A DNA stretch of 64,000 nt, from contig CAVURN010000001.1 of the NCBI GenBank assembly GCA_963743915.1, positions 224,001-288,000 on the forward strand, read 5' to 3'. The stretch comes from an uncultured Actinomycetota bacterium. GTDB taxonomy: Bacteria > Actinomycetota > Actinomycetes > JAHEKZ01. The position numbers were made by a program, and so were the translations under genes. A model generated the notes under the pieces. That model saw nothing but the letters and a program-made list of their open reading frames with translations. It was not told where the DNA came from and did no database searches. Positions 53,917 through 64,000 of this stretch are shown in pieces (the stretch's first letter is position 1; the number at the start of each line of letters is the position of its first letter).

Positions 53917-56092
53917 ATGACCCGTACCACGTGGCGCATCGTCGCGTTCGTGCTCGGCGTCGTGCTGACGGCGACGGCGAGCGCGCTGCTCTACGTGTCG
54001 ATGAGCGAGTCCACCCGGGCAGCCAAGGAGCTGGACCAGCGCCTGTCGACCGCGTCCGAGAGCTCGTCGGTGCTGCTGTCGGAGTTCTTCGACCGCGCAG
54101 TCGGGTCCGACCTGCAGCTGGCCGCGGAGCCGTCCTTCGCCGCGGTGTACAAGGCACCGGGGTCGCTGCGCTCCAAGGTGGAGCGGAACATCCCGGCGCT
54201 GCAGGACGCGCAGCAGAGCATGATCGCCATCGAGAAGACCTACCCCGGTGCGGTCAGCGAGGTGTGCTTCATCGACCTGGCGACCGGGTCGCGAGCTGGC
54301 GCGCATCGTGGACCAGGAGATCGCACCCGTCGACGACCTGTCCGCGGACGAGTCGGATGCGGTGTTCTTCGAGCCGGCCAAGGCGCAGCCCGTCGGGATC
54401 CCGTACCAGTCGGTGCCCTACGTCTCCGAGGACTCGGGGCTGTGGGTCGTGGCGACCGCCACCCAGATCGACGCCACCGCAGAGGACCTCGGGATCGGTG
54501 ATGGCGCACGTTCAGCGGACACCGCTCTCCCCGGCCATCGTGCACTTCGAGGTCAGCATCGAGAGCCTGCGTCAGGCTCTCGTGGCTGCCGAGACCGACT
54601 CGCACATCCGCGTGGTCGACGGGCACACCGGCGACGTGATCATCGACGGTGACCGCGTCCAGCAGCCCGGCGGGGACCTCGGCAACCCGGGAGACGAGAC
54701 CTTCGTCGGCGAGGACCTCACCCGAGGCGGCGTTGACCGACCTCGGGGACGACCGCGTCAGCATGGACCCCCTGCCGCCCGGTCGCACGCTGGCCGCGAG
54801 CAACGCGAACCGCTGGATCGTGACCGCGTCCGCGCCCGAGCGTCGCCACGGGACTGGCCGCGGCTCTGAGCCCCCTGATCGTGGCCCTCTTCGCGATCGG
54901 CATCCCCCTGATCGTCGTCGGCGTGATCGGCGCCGTGCGAGCCCGCCGTCAGCGCAGGCTCGAGGAAGCCCGCGTCCGCGTGGAGCGCGACACCCTCGAT
55001 GCGCGCATGGAGGACCTCTCGCAGGCACTGGCACGCGCCGCCGCAGGTGATCTGTCGGTCACCGTGGACGTCGATCTCGGCGACGAGCGCATGACGACGC
55101 TCGCCCAGGCGTTCGACGCGACGTTGACGCACCTGCGTGCGCTCGTCGCCCAGGCTCAGGTCAGCGGTGAGCGACTCGCCGAGTCGGCGGGTGAGCTGCG
55201 CGCCACCGCTGCCCAGCAGGCCGCCGCGGCATCCGAGCAGTCGACTGCCGTGACCGAGACCACCGCGACCGTCGAGGAGCTGGCAGCGACGGCTGCGCAG
55301 ATCGCCGACACCGCGACGATGGTCGCGGACTCGGCCCAGGAGACGCTGACGCTGACCGGGGAGGGGCTGTCCGCCGTTCAGGACTCCGTCGACGCGATCG
55401 GTCGCATCACCGACAGCGTCGACTCGATCGGCAGCAGCTCCGCGGCCCTGGGTGACAAGGTCAGCGAGATCGGCCGCATCCTGGTGCTGATCGACGAGCT
55501 GAGCGAGCAGACCAACCTCCTGGCGCTGAACGCGGCGATCGAGGCGGCCCGGGCCGGTGAGCACGGCCGCGGGTTCGCCGTCGTGGCCGCTGAGGTGCGC
55601 AAGCTCGCCGAGCGTGCCCAGGAGTCGACCGCCCAGATCCAGGGGCTCGTCACCGAGATCCAGGCCTACACCCAGACCACCGTCCTCGCCTCCGAGGCGG
55701 GAGCCCGCGAGGCCGGTCGGGGTGTGCAGGTCGCGGGTGCGGCGTCGACAGCCCTGGACCGGATCGCCCAGATGGTCGACTCCACGACGACCGCGGTCGC
55801 CGAGATCTCCGTGGCCACGCAGCAGCAGCGCTCGGCGTCCGACCAGGTCGTGCAGGCGATGTCCCAGGTGGCCGAGATGTCACAGGCGTTCGCGGCCGGC
55901 TCCCAGCAGACCGCCGGTCTGTCGCGCGAGATCACCGAGCTGGCGGGTGACTTCTCCGCGGCGATCGCCCGCTTCGAGGTCGACCGCGAGGGCTCCGTGG
56001 GCGCGCCGGCGGCGGAGGTCCCGTCAGCGGCCCCGGTGGAGGAGCGGGTGGAGGAGCCCCTCGAGGAGCTCTCGGAAGAAATCTTGAACTAG
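53917..56092 (+). CDS. Methyl-accepting chemotaxis protein with Cache-like sensor (several apparent indels, 54290-54870)
   Basis: N-terminal TM; EVCFID / YQSVPYVS sensor fragments; second TM; [36 protein letters not shown]. Confidence 0.92.
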
Positions 56093-56095
56093 TCC

Positions 56096-56122
56096 TAAAG
56101 TACTAGTCCGTTCCGTGCCGAT
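56096..56122 (+). promoter_or_regulatory. Putative sigma-28 promoter
   Basis: TAAA-N17-GCCGAT, followed by a ggagga RBS and a small ORF. Confidence 0.6.
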
Positions 56123-56171
56123 ACCAGGAGTACCCCTTCCCAGGGACCCCCCTTCCCGGAGGACAGGTGCG

Positions 56172-56339
56172 ATGGACTGGCAGAGGTTCGACTGGCCGGC
56201 AGTGGCCGGAGAGCCGGACCAGGCCTGGTTCGACCACCTGGCTCGTCGCGGGTGGACAGTGAGTCCGGTGCCGACCGTGGCCCGCATCGGACCTCGCAGC
56301 TACCTGCGTTTCCTCGGCTGGCGGGCCCGCTCGGCGTGA
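56172..56339 (+). CDS. Small hypothetical protein (55 aa, Trp-rich)
   Basis: RBS ggagga, ATG 56172, sigma-28-like promoter upstream. Confidence 0.55.
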   Translation: MDWQRFDWPAVAGEPDQAWFDHLARRGWTVSPVPTVARIGPRSYLRFLGWRARSA

Positions 56340-56400
56340 GCCGCGCGGGCCCCGCCCGGCCCGGACGCCTGCCCCGCTCGCGGATGGCAGGATCGCCTCT

Positions 56401-56847
56401 GTGGTGCATGCAGTCCAGGACATCCAGCGCGTCGCCGCCTATGGCGTCGTGGTGCGTGACGACCAGATCCTGCTCGTCCGGCTGACGGAGAAGACGCCCG
56501 CTGCCGGCTCCTGGTCACTGCCCGGTGGAGGGATCGACCATGGCGAGCATCCGGCGGACGCCGTGGTCCGCGAGCTCTACGAGGAGACCGGGCTGCGCGG
56601 GCGGGTGGTCGAGCTGCTCGACGTCGACTCGCACTTCCGGGAGCACTACCTCGACCAGGAGGTGCTCGAGCGGTACCACGCGGTGCGCATCCTGTACCGG
56701 GTCGCGGTCGACAGCGCCGGACCCCTCACCGTCGTCGACGAGGACGGCAGTGCGGACTCACCCACCTGGTTCGCGCTGACCGACGCGCGGTCACTGAAGC
56801 TCGCGCCGGTGGCGTCCCGCGGACTGCAGTTCGCCGTCGAGCGCTAG
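56401..56847 (+). CDS. NUDIX hydrolase
   Basis: WSLPGGGIDHGEHPADAVVRELYEETGL Nudix box. Confidence 0.94.
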   Translation: MVHAVQDIQRVAAYGVVVRDDQILLVRLTEKTPAAGSWSLPGGGIDHGEHPADAVVRELYEETGLRGRVVELLDVDSHFREHYLDQEVLERYHAVRILYRVAVDSAGPLTVVDEDGSADSPTWFALTDARSLKLAPVASRGLQFAVER

Positions 56848-56856
56848 AGGCGTCGG

Positions 56857-57120
56857 TCAGTCGGTGTCACTCGCGGCGTCGACCGTCCGATCCACCAACG
56901 GCTCGCCCGGGTCGTCGGCTGCCGCCTCCTCGCGGCGCGGCCGAAGACCACTCACCGCGCCGACGATCGCAGCGACTCCGAGGACGATCAGGGCGACGGG
57001 GAAGAACCACGGGCCGGCGACATCCCAGTCCAGGGAAGGCGCCGCCAGATACATGGCGGCAAGTGCCCCGAACACGAGGGCGAAGAGGAACGACACGACG
57101 TCGAAGGCGTGGCGCTTCAT
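56857..57120 (-). CDS. Small membrane protein of the psp locus
   Basis: MKRH.FDVVS..ALVF, two TMs, coupled to the pspC gene. Confidence 0.75.
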   Translation of the reverse strand: MKRHAFDVVSFLFALVFGALAAMYLAAPSLDWDVAGPWFFPVALIVLGVAAIVGAVSGLRPRREEAAADDPGEPLVDRTVDAASDTD

Positions 57121-58413
57121 CGGGTCACCTGCTTTCCGCCCGCCTGGGGCGTCTCGTCGATCACTGTCACGGCACCGAGGCCACTGCTCAACGTGAGGTT
57201 GACGGTGCCGGTGCCGTCACCTGCGCGTTGCCAGGACTGCTCGTAGCCGATTCCTCCCTGCTCGGATCCGCCGGTGGGGAAGTCGATGGTGCCGGCGCCG
57301 ACGTCGGCGTCCACGTCGACCGCGACGTCCGGGGGCAGCAGAACGATCACCTCGCCCATGCCGATCGAGACCTCGACGTCCTCGGTGCCCACGACCTCCA
57401 CCTCGCTGAGGTCGAGGGTGAGCTTGCCGACGCCGAGCTCGTACCGGTCGGAGAGCTCACCCTGCGACGTCGGCTGGTAGAGGCGTTCGCCGGCACCACC
57501 GCTGACCCGCAACCCGTCAGGTGCTGCACCGACGGGGATGAGCAGGAAGACCAGCACGATGCCGAGCGCGATCAGTCCGCGCGCACGTCCCACGATGGTC
57601 CCGACCAGCAGGCCGAGCGCGACAACCGCGAGGGCGGAGGCGAGGACCACGACCGGTTCGACCGTGATGACATCCGCGACGTCGAGGGCGATCAGCGAGC
57701 CGGCCACGAGCAGCGCCACGCCCACGGTGAGCCGGCCCAGGACGGAGCGCTCCTTTGGAGGCTGGGGCGGTGCAGGCGGGTAGGCAGCGTTGGACGTGGG
57801 CGGTGCCGGAGGTGACGCAGGTGGAGGAGGACCGACCGCGAGCACCGCGGTCTGTGAGCTCACCGTCGAGGGCGCGGGGGAGTCGCCTCCGGAGGTTTGC
57901 GCGCCCGGGTCGGTCACCGGTACTGGTGCCGACGGGTTCGCTGCGACGGGACCGGACGCCGGTCGCTCGTCACGACGAAGCAGCAGGACGACGCCGACCA
58001 CGACCAGCACCAGCAGCACGGCACCGCCGGCCCCCGGTCCGTCACCTGCCCAGCCCCAGGCCACCATCGGTCCCACGATGAGCACCGCCAGGATGACCGC
58101 GAGCGTGATCACCAGGGCGTTGTTGTTGCGGAAGAACCGCTCACCGGCGGAGTCGTCCCGTCCCTCCGGCGGGATGAAGAGCCATCCGGCCAGATAGAGC
58201 AGCAGCCCGCTGCCGCCGAAGATGGTGAGCACCACGAAGGCGACCCGCACGAGCACCGGGTCGATCCGCAGGCTTCGGGCGATGCCGGCGGCGACGCCGC
58301 CGAGGACGGCACCGTCCCCGGTCGCCCGCCGGAGTCCCGGGCGCGAGACAGGGAGGGGGCGGAGGGGTGAATCCGGGCGGTGGCGGCGCGTAGCCGGTGG
58401 AGTTCTCGTTCAT
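57117..58413 (-). CDS. pspC: PspC-domain membrane protein with LiaF/DUF2154-like C-terminus (apparent frameshift near 58320-58360)
   Basis: LGGVAAGIA..DPVLVRVAFVVL..GLLLYLAGWLFIP; GVGKLTLDLS, GMGEVIVLLP. Confidence 0.82.
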
Positions 58414-58458
58414 GGCTCCATCCAACGCCGCGTCCCGCGCCGGCACATCGGGCGATCG

Positions 58459-58519
58459 CCCTGACTCGACCCTGACCGCACCCCTGAACGGCCGGGGTGC
58501 AGCTCCTGGTCATCCCTGA
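58459..58519. promoter_or_regulatory. CCCTGA direct repeats in the divergent psp promoter region
   Basis: ccctga at 58459, 58470, 58482 and 58514. Confidence 0.6.
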
Positions 58520-58554
58520 GGACGCCGAGGGTGGCCACGCGGGACGATAGGGGC

Positions 58555-59784
58555 GTGTCCTCGCCCACCACCGTCCCCGACTCGGGTCCGCCGCCCCTCA
58601 CCCGCGCGACCGAGGGCCGCATGGTGGCGGGCGTCGCCCGGGGCGTTGCCGTGCACCTGGGCGTGGACGTGTGGTGGGTGCGGCTGGTGTTCGTGCTGCT
58701 GGCGCTCGCGGGCGGTTCCGGCTTCGTCGCCTACGCGGCACTGTGGATCTTCGTCCCGCTGGAGGACAGCGAGCCGTCCCCGCCGGGACGCAGGAGCCAG
58801 GCACGGGCGCCCACTCCGCCGGAGACGGCGCTGCTGCTGGTGCTCGGGGCTGCCGGGGTGGTGCTCGGTGGGCTCCTTCTGGTCTCGATGGCTGGGTGGG
58901 ACGTGCGGCCGCTGTGGCCACTGGCGCTCGCGGGTATCGGTGCGGCTCTGATCTGGCTCCGCGCCGACGAGGAGCAGCGCGAGCGGCTGCGGAGCAACGT
59001 GGAGCGCGTCGCCCCGGCGCGGCGGGCCGGGCTGGTGCAGCTGGTGCTCGGCGGCGTCCTCGTCGTCGTCGGTCTGATCGCGTTCGGCATCGGCGGGGTC
59101 GGGCTGTCGGAAGCGGGCACGCTGTTGGCCTCGGTCGCGGTCACCGTCGTGGGCATCGCCCTGGTGGTCAGCCCCTTCGCGCTGCGCGTCCGCCGCGAGC
59201 GGGACGCCGAACGGCGCGCCCGGATCCGCAGTGAGGAGCGCGCTGAGCTCGCGGCCGGACTGCACGACTCGGTGCTGCAGAGCCTGGCTCTCATCCAGCG
59301 CAGCGCCGACGACCCAGCCGCCGTGTCCCGAATCGCCCGTGCGCAGGAACGTGACCTCCGTCGCTGGCTGTACCCCGCAGCGACCCCCTCCGCATCGTCG
59401 TTCCGGACTGCTCTGGAGGGAGCAGCGGCGGACGTCGAGGACTCCGGTGACGTACGGGTCGAGCTGGTGTGCGTCGGTGACGTCCCTCTGGACCCCGGCC
59501 TTTCCGCGCTGGTGCGCGCGTCGCGCGAGGCCATGAGCAACGCCGCGCGGCATGCCGGCGTGGACACCGTGTCCGTCTTCGCTGAGGCGACCGACGCCCA
59601 GGTGGCCGTCCACGTCCGCGACCGGGGTGCCGGGTTCGAGGTCGACTCCATCCCCGACGACCGCATGGGCGTCCGGGAGTCCATCATCGGACGCGTCGAG
59701 CGGCACGGCGGTCGGGCCACCGTCACCAGCGCCACTGGCACAGGCACTCGCATCGAGCTCGTCATGCCGAGGGAGAAGCCATGA
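58555..59784 (+). CDS. PspC-domain sensor histidine kinase
   Basis: N-terminal PspC domain (VAGVARGVA), LHDSVLQSL, EAMSNAARH, DRGAGF, GTGTRI. Confidence 0.92.
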   Translation: MSSPTTVPDSGPPPLTRATEGRMVAGVARGVAVHLGVDVWWVRLVFVLLALAGGSGFVAYAALWIFVPLEDSEPSPPGRRSQARAPTPPETALLLVLGAAGVVLGGLLLVSMAGWDVRPLWPLALAGIGAALIWLRADEEQRERLRSNVERVAPARRAGLVQLVLGGVLVVVGLIAFGIGGVGLSEAGTLLASVAVTVVGIALVVSPFALRVRRERDAERRARIRSEERAELAAGLHDSVLQSLALIQRSADDPAAVSRIARAQERDLRRWLYPAATPSASSFRTALEGAAADVEDSGDVRVELVCVGDVPLDPGLSALVRASREAMSNAARHAGVDTVSVFAEATDAQVAVHVRDRGAGFEVDSIPDDRMGVRESIIGRVERHGGRATVTSATGTGTRIELVMPREKP

Positions 59785-60434
59785 CCGACACCGACCAGCC
59801 GCCCACCGTCGTCCTCGTCGACGACCACCGGATGTTCCGCACCGGCGTCCGCACCGAGCTGGGCGACGCCGTGAGCGTGCTCGGGGAGGCGGACGACGTC
59901 GAGTCCGCCGCCGCGATGGTCGTCGAGCAGCAGCCCCAGGTGGTGCTGCTCGACGTGCACCTGCCCGGGGGAAACGGAGCCGAGGTCATCCGACGGGTGG
60001 GGGACCGGGCACCGCAGACGCGCTACCTCGCGCTCTCGGTGTCGGACGCCGCCGAGGACGTCATCGCCACCATCCGGGCGGGGGCACGCGGCTACGTGAC
60101 CAAGTCGATCAGTGGTCCTGACCTGGCCGCTGCCGTCCGGCGTGTGGCGGCCGGCGACGCCGTCTTCTCGCCCCGGCTTGCCGGATTCGTCCTCGACGCC
60201 TTCGCGGGCACGGTGGACGTGGCCGACGTCGACGAGGAGCTCGACCGACTGAGCCCGCGCGAGCAGGAGGTCATGCGGCTCATCGCGCGGGGCTACACCT
60301 ACCGTGAGGCGGCGTCGGAGCTCTTCCTGTCCGTCAAGACGATCGAGACGCACGTCTCCAGCGTGCTGCGCAAGCTGCAGTTGTCGAACCGCAACGAGCT
60401 CTCCCGCTGGGCCTCAGAGCGCCGACTGCTCTGA
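59781..60434 (+). CDS. NarL/LuxR response regulator
   Basis: VDDH, LLDVHLP, LSVKTIETHVSSVLRKLQL. Confidence 0.95.
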   Translation: MTDTDQPPTVVLVDDHRMFRTGVRTELGDAVSVLGEADDVESAAAMVVEQQPQVVLLDVHLPGGNGAEVIRRVGDRAPQTRYLALSVSDAAEDVIATIRAGARGYVTKSISGPDLAAAVRRVAAGDAVFSPRLAGFVLDAFAGTVDVADVDEELDRLSPREQEVMRLIARGYTYREAASELFLSVKTIETHVSSVLRKLQLSNRNELSRWASERRLL

Positions 60435-60453
60435 CCCGCCCTAGGCTCGCCAC

Positions 60454-60795
60454 ATGGAGTTCCTCACGCACACGCTGGTGGTCCTGCACTTCATCGGCCT
60501 GGCGAGTCTGCTCGGGGGATTCCTGGTGCAGATGAAGTCATCGCCGCGGGTCGTCAACCCCGCGATGGTGCACGGCATCCTCACCCAGCTGGTGACGGGG
60601 GTGCTGCTCGTCGGCCTCGCCGAGGCCGACGACGCGGAGGTGGACCACGCCAAGATCGGCGTCAAGCTGGCCGTGGCCGTAGTCGTCGCGATCTTGGTGT
60701 TCGCCAACCGCAGGCGCGAGGCACTGTCCACGGGAGCGTGGGCCGCGATCGGCGGACTCACCATCGCCAACATCGTGGTCGCCGTCTTCTGGTAG
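60454..60795 (+). CDS. Small integral membrane protein
   Basis: Four TMs with conserved-looking His residues; KIGVKL; TAGGCT -10 upstream. Confidence 0.8.
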   Translation: MEFLTHTLVVLHFIGLASLLGGFLVQMKSSPRVVNPAMVHGILTQLVTGVLLVGLAEADDAEVDHAKIGVKLAVAVVVAILVFANRRREALSTGAWAAIGGLTIANIVVAVFW

Positions 60796-60845
60796 CAGGC
60801 CTGCCGGGTGCGTGGCTGCTGCACGCAGTCGGCCGGTGTGCGCAG

Positions 60846-61574
60846 TCAGCCGGTGCGGACGATCTGGAAGGCCTCCGCGAGGCGGCCGGTGGGCAGCTCG
60901 AAGCGCTCCGCCGTCATCTCACCCCACGATCGGACGAACGACTCCAGGTCATCCATGTGCGCGGTCTGCGACTCGTGAGCCCGAAGCGCGGCGATCTTCT
61001 TCGGAAAGGTGTCGGTGATGTCGACGGCGTGGTTCGGCTGTGGACCGGCCATCACCCACACCTCCTCGACCGTCCACGCGTCGAGGCCTTCGTCGCCCAG
61101 CAGGGAGGCGTGGGCGAACGGGTTGCGGGCGTCGGGGTAGACCGCCTGGATGGCAGCCTCGCCGGCGGCCAGGTGGTCGGGGTGTGAGGCGGGGATCCGT
61201 TCCCAGTTGCGCTCCGGTGACTGGATCAGCATCCGCCGCGGTCGGACCTGGCGGATGACCCGGCTGATGTCGCGGCGCAGGTCGTGCGACACGGTCAGCT
61301 CACCGTCCCGGTAGCCGAGGAAGACGACGTCGTCGACGCCCCAGTGAGCCGCGGCGGCGCGCTGCTCCGCGCGTCGAATGCCCGGTATGTCCGATCGCGG
61401 CACGGCGGGGTCGAAGCCGCCGGCGTCCCCGTCGGTGATCACGCAGAGTGTCACGCCGATCCCGGCCGCCGTCCACTGCGCCAGGGTTCCCGAGGCGCCG
61501 AAGTCGACGTCGTCGGGGTGAGCGGTCACCACCAGGACCCGTTCGACCTCGGCATCAGTCAGGTGCTCGACCAC
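60846..61574 (-). CDS. PIG-L family deacetylase
   Basis: AHPDDVDF, RRAEQ, HPDH, ALRAHESQ. Confidence 0.93.
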   Translation of the reverse strand: MVEHLTDAEVERVLVVTAHPDDVDFGASGTLAQWTAAGIGVTLCVITDGDAGGFDPAVPRSDIPGIRRAEQRAAAAHWGVDDVVFLGYRDGELTVSHDLRRDISRVIRQVRPRRMLIQSPERNWERIPASHPDHLAAGEAAIQAVYPDARNPFAHASLLGDEGLDAWTVEEVWVMAGPQPNHAVDITDTFPKKIAALRAHESQTAHMDDLESFVRSWGEMTAERFELPTGRLAEAFQIVRTG

Positions 61575-61695
61575 TGGGGGTCCTCCAGGCGAGTAGGTCC
61601 GGCATGGCTGGCCGGGGGTGGGCCAATCGGGTGAGACGCCCAGGTCATGGTAGGCAGGGCGCTACAGCGCGGCTCACCGGCCGCCGAACCTACCC

Positions 61696-63480
61696 ATGAT
61701 GCCCGTGACGACCGCCGCCCTCCGACTGCCCGCGCACCTGGTGCTGCTGGCGCTCCTCGCGACGCTGCTGCCGCTCCTCACCGCCCCGTCGGCGTCGGCC
61801 GCACCACCGCAACCGGACACGCCTTCGTTCGGACGCGACATCGAGGACTACGCGGCCTACGAGGCGAACACCATCTGTGATCCGGTGAACACTCCGGGGG
61901 CCGTGAAGCTCGCGAAGCTGATCCGGCGCACCTACGGCTCGGACGAGTCGATCGGCATCGCCCGCAACGCGTGCTACACCACCTCCGAGCACAACGACGG
62001 ACGCGCCCTGGACTGGATGGTCGACGCCACCACACGTGCGGGAAAGAGGAAGGCGAACACGTTCCTCGACTGGCTGCTGGCCACCGACGACGACGGGAAT
62101 CGGCACGCCATGGCGCGGCGGCTCGGCGTCATGTACATCATCCACGACCGACGGATCTGGCGTGCCTACGGCGACCCGGGGTGGGGGCCCTACTCGGGCA
62201 CCAACCCGCACACCGACCACATCCACATCAGTCTCAGCTACGACGGGTCGACCGGTCGCTCCTCGTTCTGGACGGGTGACGCACTCGCGGGCCCCTGCTC
62301 CACCGGCTCACTGCTGTCTGCTGCACCCCCCGTCGAGACGCAGCCGATGCGATACGTCCCTGTGGCGCCCACCCGGCTCGCCTCGACGGAGACCGGAAAG
62401 GGCATGCTCAGCGGTCCCTGCCGACTCGCCGATGGTCAGGACATCGACGTCCGGGTCACCGGGCGCGGGCCGGTCCCCTCCGAAGGTGTGGCAGCCGTGG
62501 CCCTGCAGGTCTCCATGCGGCGTCCGAACTGGGATTCGGGCCTGACCGCCGGTCCTGCCGGTGGTGACATCCCCGGCGTGCGACGACTGACCACCGCACA
62601 GAACGCGATCAGCTCCGGGCTCATGGTGCTCCCGGTGGGTGCGGACGGGAAGGTCAGCTTCGCCACCGACTTCGGTGCGACCGACCTTGCGGTGAGCGTG
62701 GTCGGGTTCTACGTCGACCCGGACGCCCCCCGCAGCGTGCGCCGTCAGGTCGCCGCGGACGGCGGCGACGAGCTCGACGCCGTGGCACCGCAGCGGTTGG
62801 CCGACAACCTCACCCTCGGGCCGTCGGACGCCGCCAAGGTCGAGGTGGCCGGACGCGCCGGAACCGATTCTGCCTCGAGCTCGGCGAGCGTGACCGTCAC
62901 CGTGGATGCCGGCGCGGGACGCGGTGACCTCTATGTCTACCCGGCGGGGGGCGAACGGCCTCGGGTCCCCGTCCTGTCCTACGACAGGGATGCCACCACC
63001 GTGCTCACATCGGTGCCGCTCGGTCGCCGCGGCAAGATCGTGCTCGAGAACACCGGTAAGGGTCGCCGCACCGTTGACCTCGACATCTCCGGCGCCTACG
63101 AACCAGCGGCGCTGGCCGGTGGACGCAGTCTGGCCCTCAGGAAGAACCCGCGCACCGTCGTCGACACCGCGGAGAACCTGGAGGTTGCCTCCTTCGGGGC
63201 CGGCACCACCAAGGACTTCTCGGTCGGCGACGCCGTGCCGCGGGACGCCGAGGCCGTCCTGCTGCAAGTGACGGTGAGGCGCGCGCGGCAGGGTGGAACC
63301 CTCACCTTCTGGGAGCCGGGGACAGAACGGCCCAACACCGTCGACCTGTCCGTCGTGCCAGGGGGCACCGTCACCGGGACCGTCCTGACCTCACTGGCGA
63401 ACGGGCGCAAGGTGCGTGTCAACAACACGGGCATCGAGCGCAGTGACGTTCGGATCACGGTGCTCGGGTCGTTCCAGTAG
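61696..63480 (+). CDS. Secreted protein with Zn-peptidase-like (LAS/M15-type) N-terminal domain and beta-rich repeats
   Basis: Signal peptide ASA; SEHNDGRALDW and HTDHIHIS motifs; PVAPTRL-type repeats. Confidence 0.75.
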   Translation: MMPVTTAALRLPAHLVLLALLATLLPLLTAPSASAAPPQPDTPSFGRDIEDYAAYEANTICDPVNTPGAVKLAKLIRRTYGSDESIGIARNACYTTSEHNDGRALDWMVDATTRAGKRKANTFLDWLLATDDDGNRHAMARRLGVMYIIHDRRIWRAYGDPGWGPYSGTNPHTDHIHISLSYDGSTGRSSFWTGDALAGPCSTGSLLSAAPPVETQPMRYVPVAPTRLASTETGKGMLSGPCRLADGQDIDVRVTGRGPVPSEGVAAVALQVSMRRPNWDSGLTAGPAGGDIPGVRRLTTAQNAISSGLMVLPVGADGKVSFATDFGATDLAVSVVGFYVDPDAPRSVRRQVAADGGDELDAVAPQRLADNLTLGPSDAAKVEVAGRAGTDSASSSASVTVTVDAGAGRGDLYVYPAGGERPRVPVLSYDRDATTVLTSVPLGRRGKIVLENTGKGRRTVDLDISGAYEPAALAGGRSLALRKNPRTVVDTAENLEVASFGAGTTKDFSVGDAVPRDAEAVLLQVTVRRARQGGTLTFWEPGTERPNTVDLSVVPGGTVTGTVLTSLANGRKVRVNNTGIERSDVRITVLGSFQ

Positions 63481-63555
63481 GCCTTCGGTCGGCCCGCCCC
63501 GACGCGCTCCGGCCGACTCCTCGGGCTGTCGGCTGAGCCACCTAGACTCCCGTCA

Positions 63556-64000
63556 GTGACCTCGCTCTTCGACGACCTCCCGGGCTTCACGGCGCCGCAG
63601 CCCGTCGAGATCTCACGCCCGGGGGTCACCGACACCCGCGCCCTGCTCGAAGGGCTCAACGACCCGCAGCGCGAGGCGGTCAAGCACGAGGGCAGTCCGC
63701 TGTTGATCGTGGCCGGTGCCGGCTCCGGCAAGACCCGGGTCCTGACCCACCGCATCGCCTACCTGCTCGCGGCCCGCGGCGCGCAGCCGGGGCAGATCCT
63801 GGCCATCACGTTCACCAACAAGGCGGCCGGCGAGATGAAGGAGCGCGTCGCCGCGCTGGTCGGGCCGCGGGCCAAGGCGATGTGGGTCAGCACCTTCCAC
63901 TCCGCCTGCGTCCGCATCCTCCGACGCGAGAGCAAACGTCTCGGCGTCTCCTCGTCGTTCTCGATCTACGACGCTGCCGATGCGCAGCGTCTGATGACCA
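63556..64000 (+). CDS. pcrA: DNA helicase PcrA/UvrD, 3'-truncated
   Basis: [41 protein letters not shown] (read directly; absent from the ORF track). Confidence 0.95.
   Translation, partial: MTSLFDDLPGFTAPQPVEISRPGVTDTRALLEGLNDPQREAVKHEGSPLLIVAGAGSGKTRVLTHRIAYLLAARGAQPGQILAITFTNKAAGEMKERVAALVGPRAKAMWVSTFHSACVRILRRESKRLGVSSSFSIYDAADAQRLMT

Overview
High-GC actinobacterial chromosome window. It holds the conserved rplM-rpsI-glmM-glmS-acpS-nnr-alr-tsaEB-rimI-tsaD-groESL-whiB3-bldM-sigD/rsdA-guaB-guaB3-guaA backbone, then a visibly more AT-rich accessory region from about 32.0 to 49.4 kb, then ABC exporters, a lone chemoreceptor, a PspC two-component locus and the start of pcrA. The accessory region begins with a 9.8-kb element inserted at the 3' end of guaA, bounded by a 16-bp direct repeat at 32003-32018 and 41815-41830. 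This element encodes a tyrosine integrase, an HUH rolling-circle Rep-like protein and a serine resolvase, with no recognisable transfer or capsid genes. Four ECF sigma / membrane anti-sigma-like pairs lie inside and just outside it. Their extracytoplasmic domains are mixed and matched (META, two unnamed Cys-containing domains, PASTA, GerMN). A 2.9-kb four-gene module is present twice, and two classes of ECF-type promoter recur. Four FliA/WhiG-like promoters point to a sigma-28 regulon. Many single-base frameshifts, including one in glmS, most likely reflect assembly indels. All calls come from reading the sequence and ORF track by eye; no searches were run.
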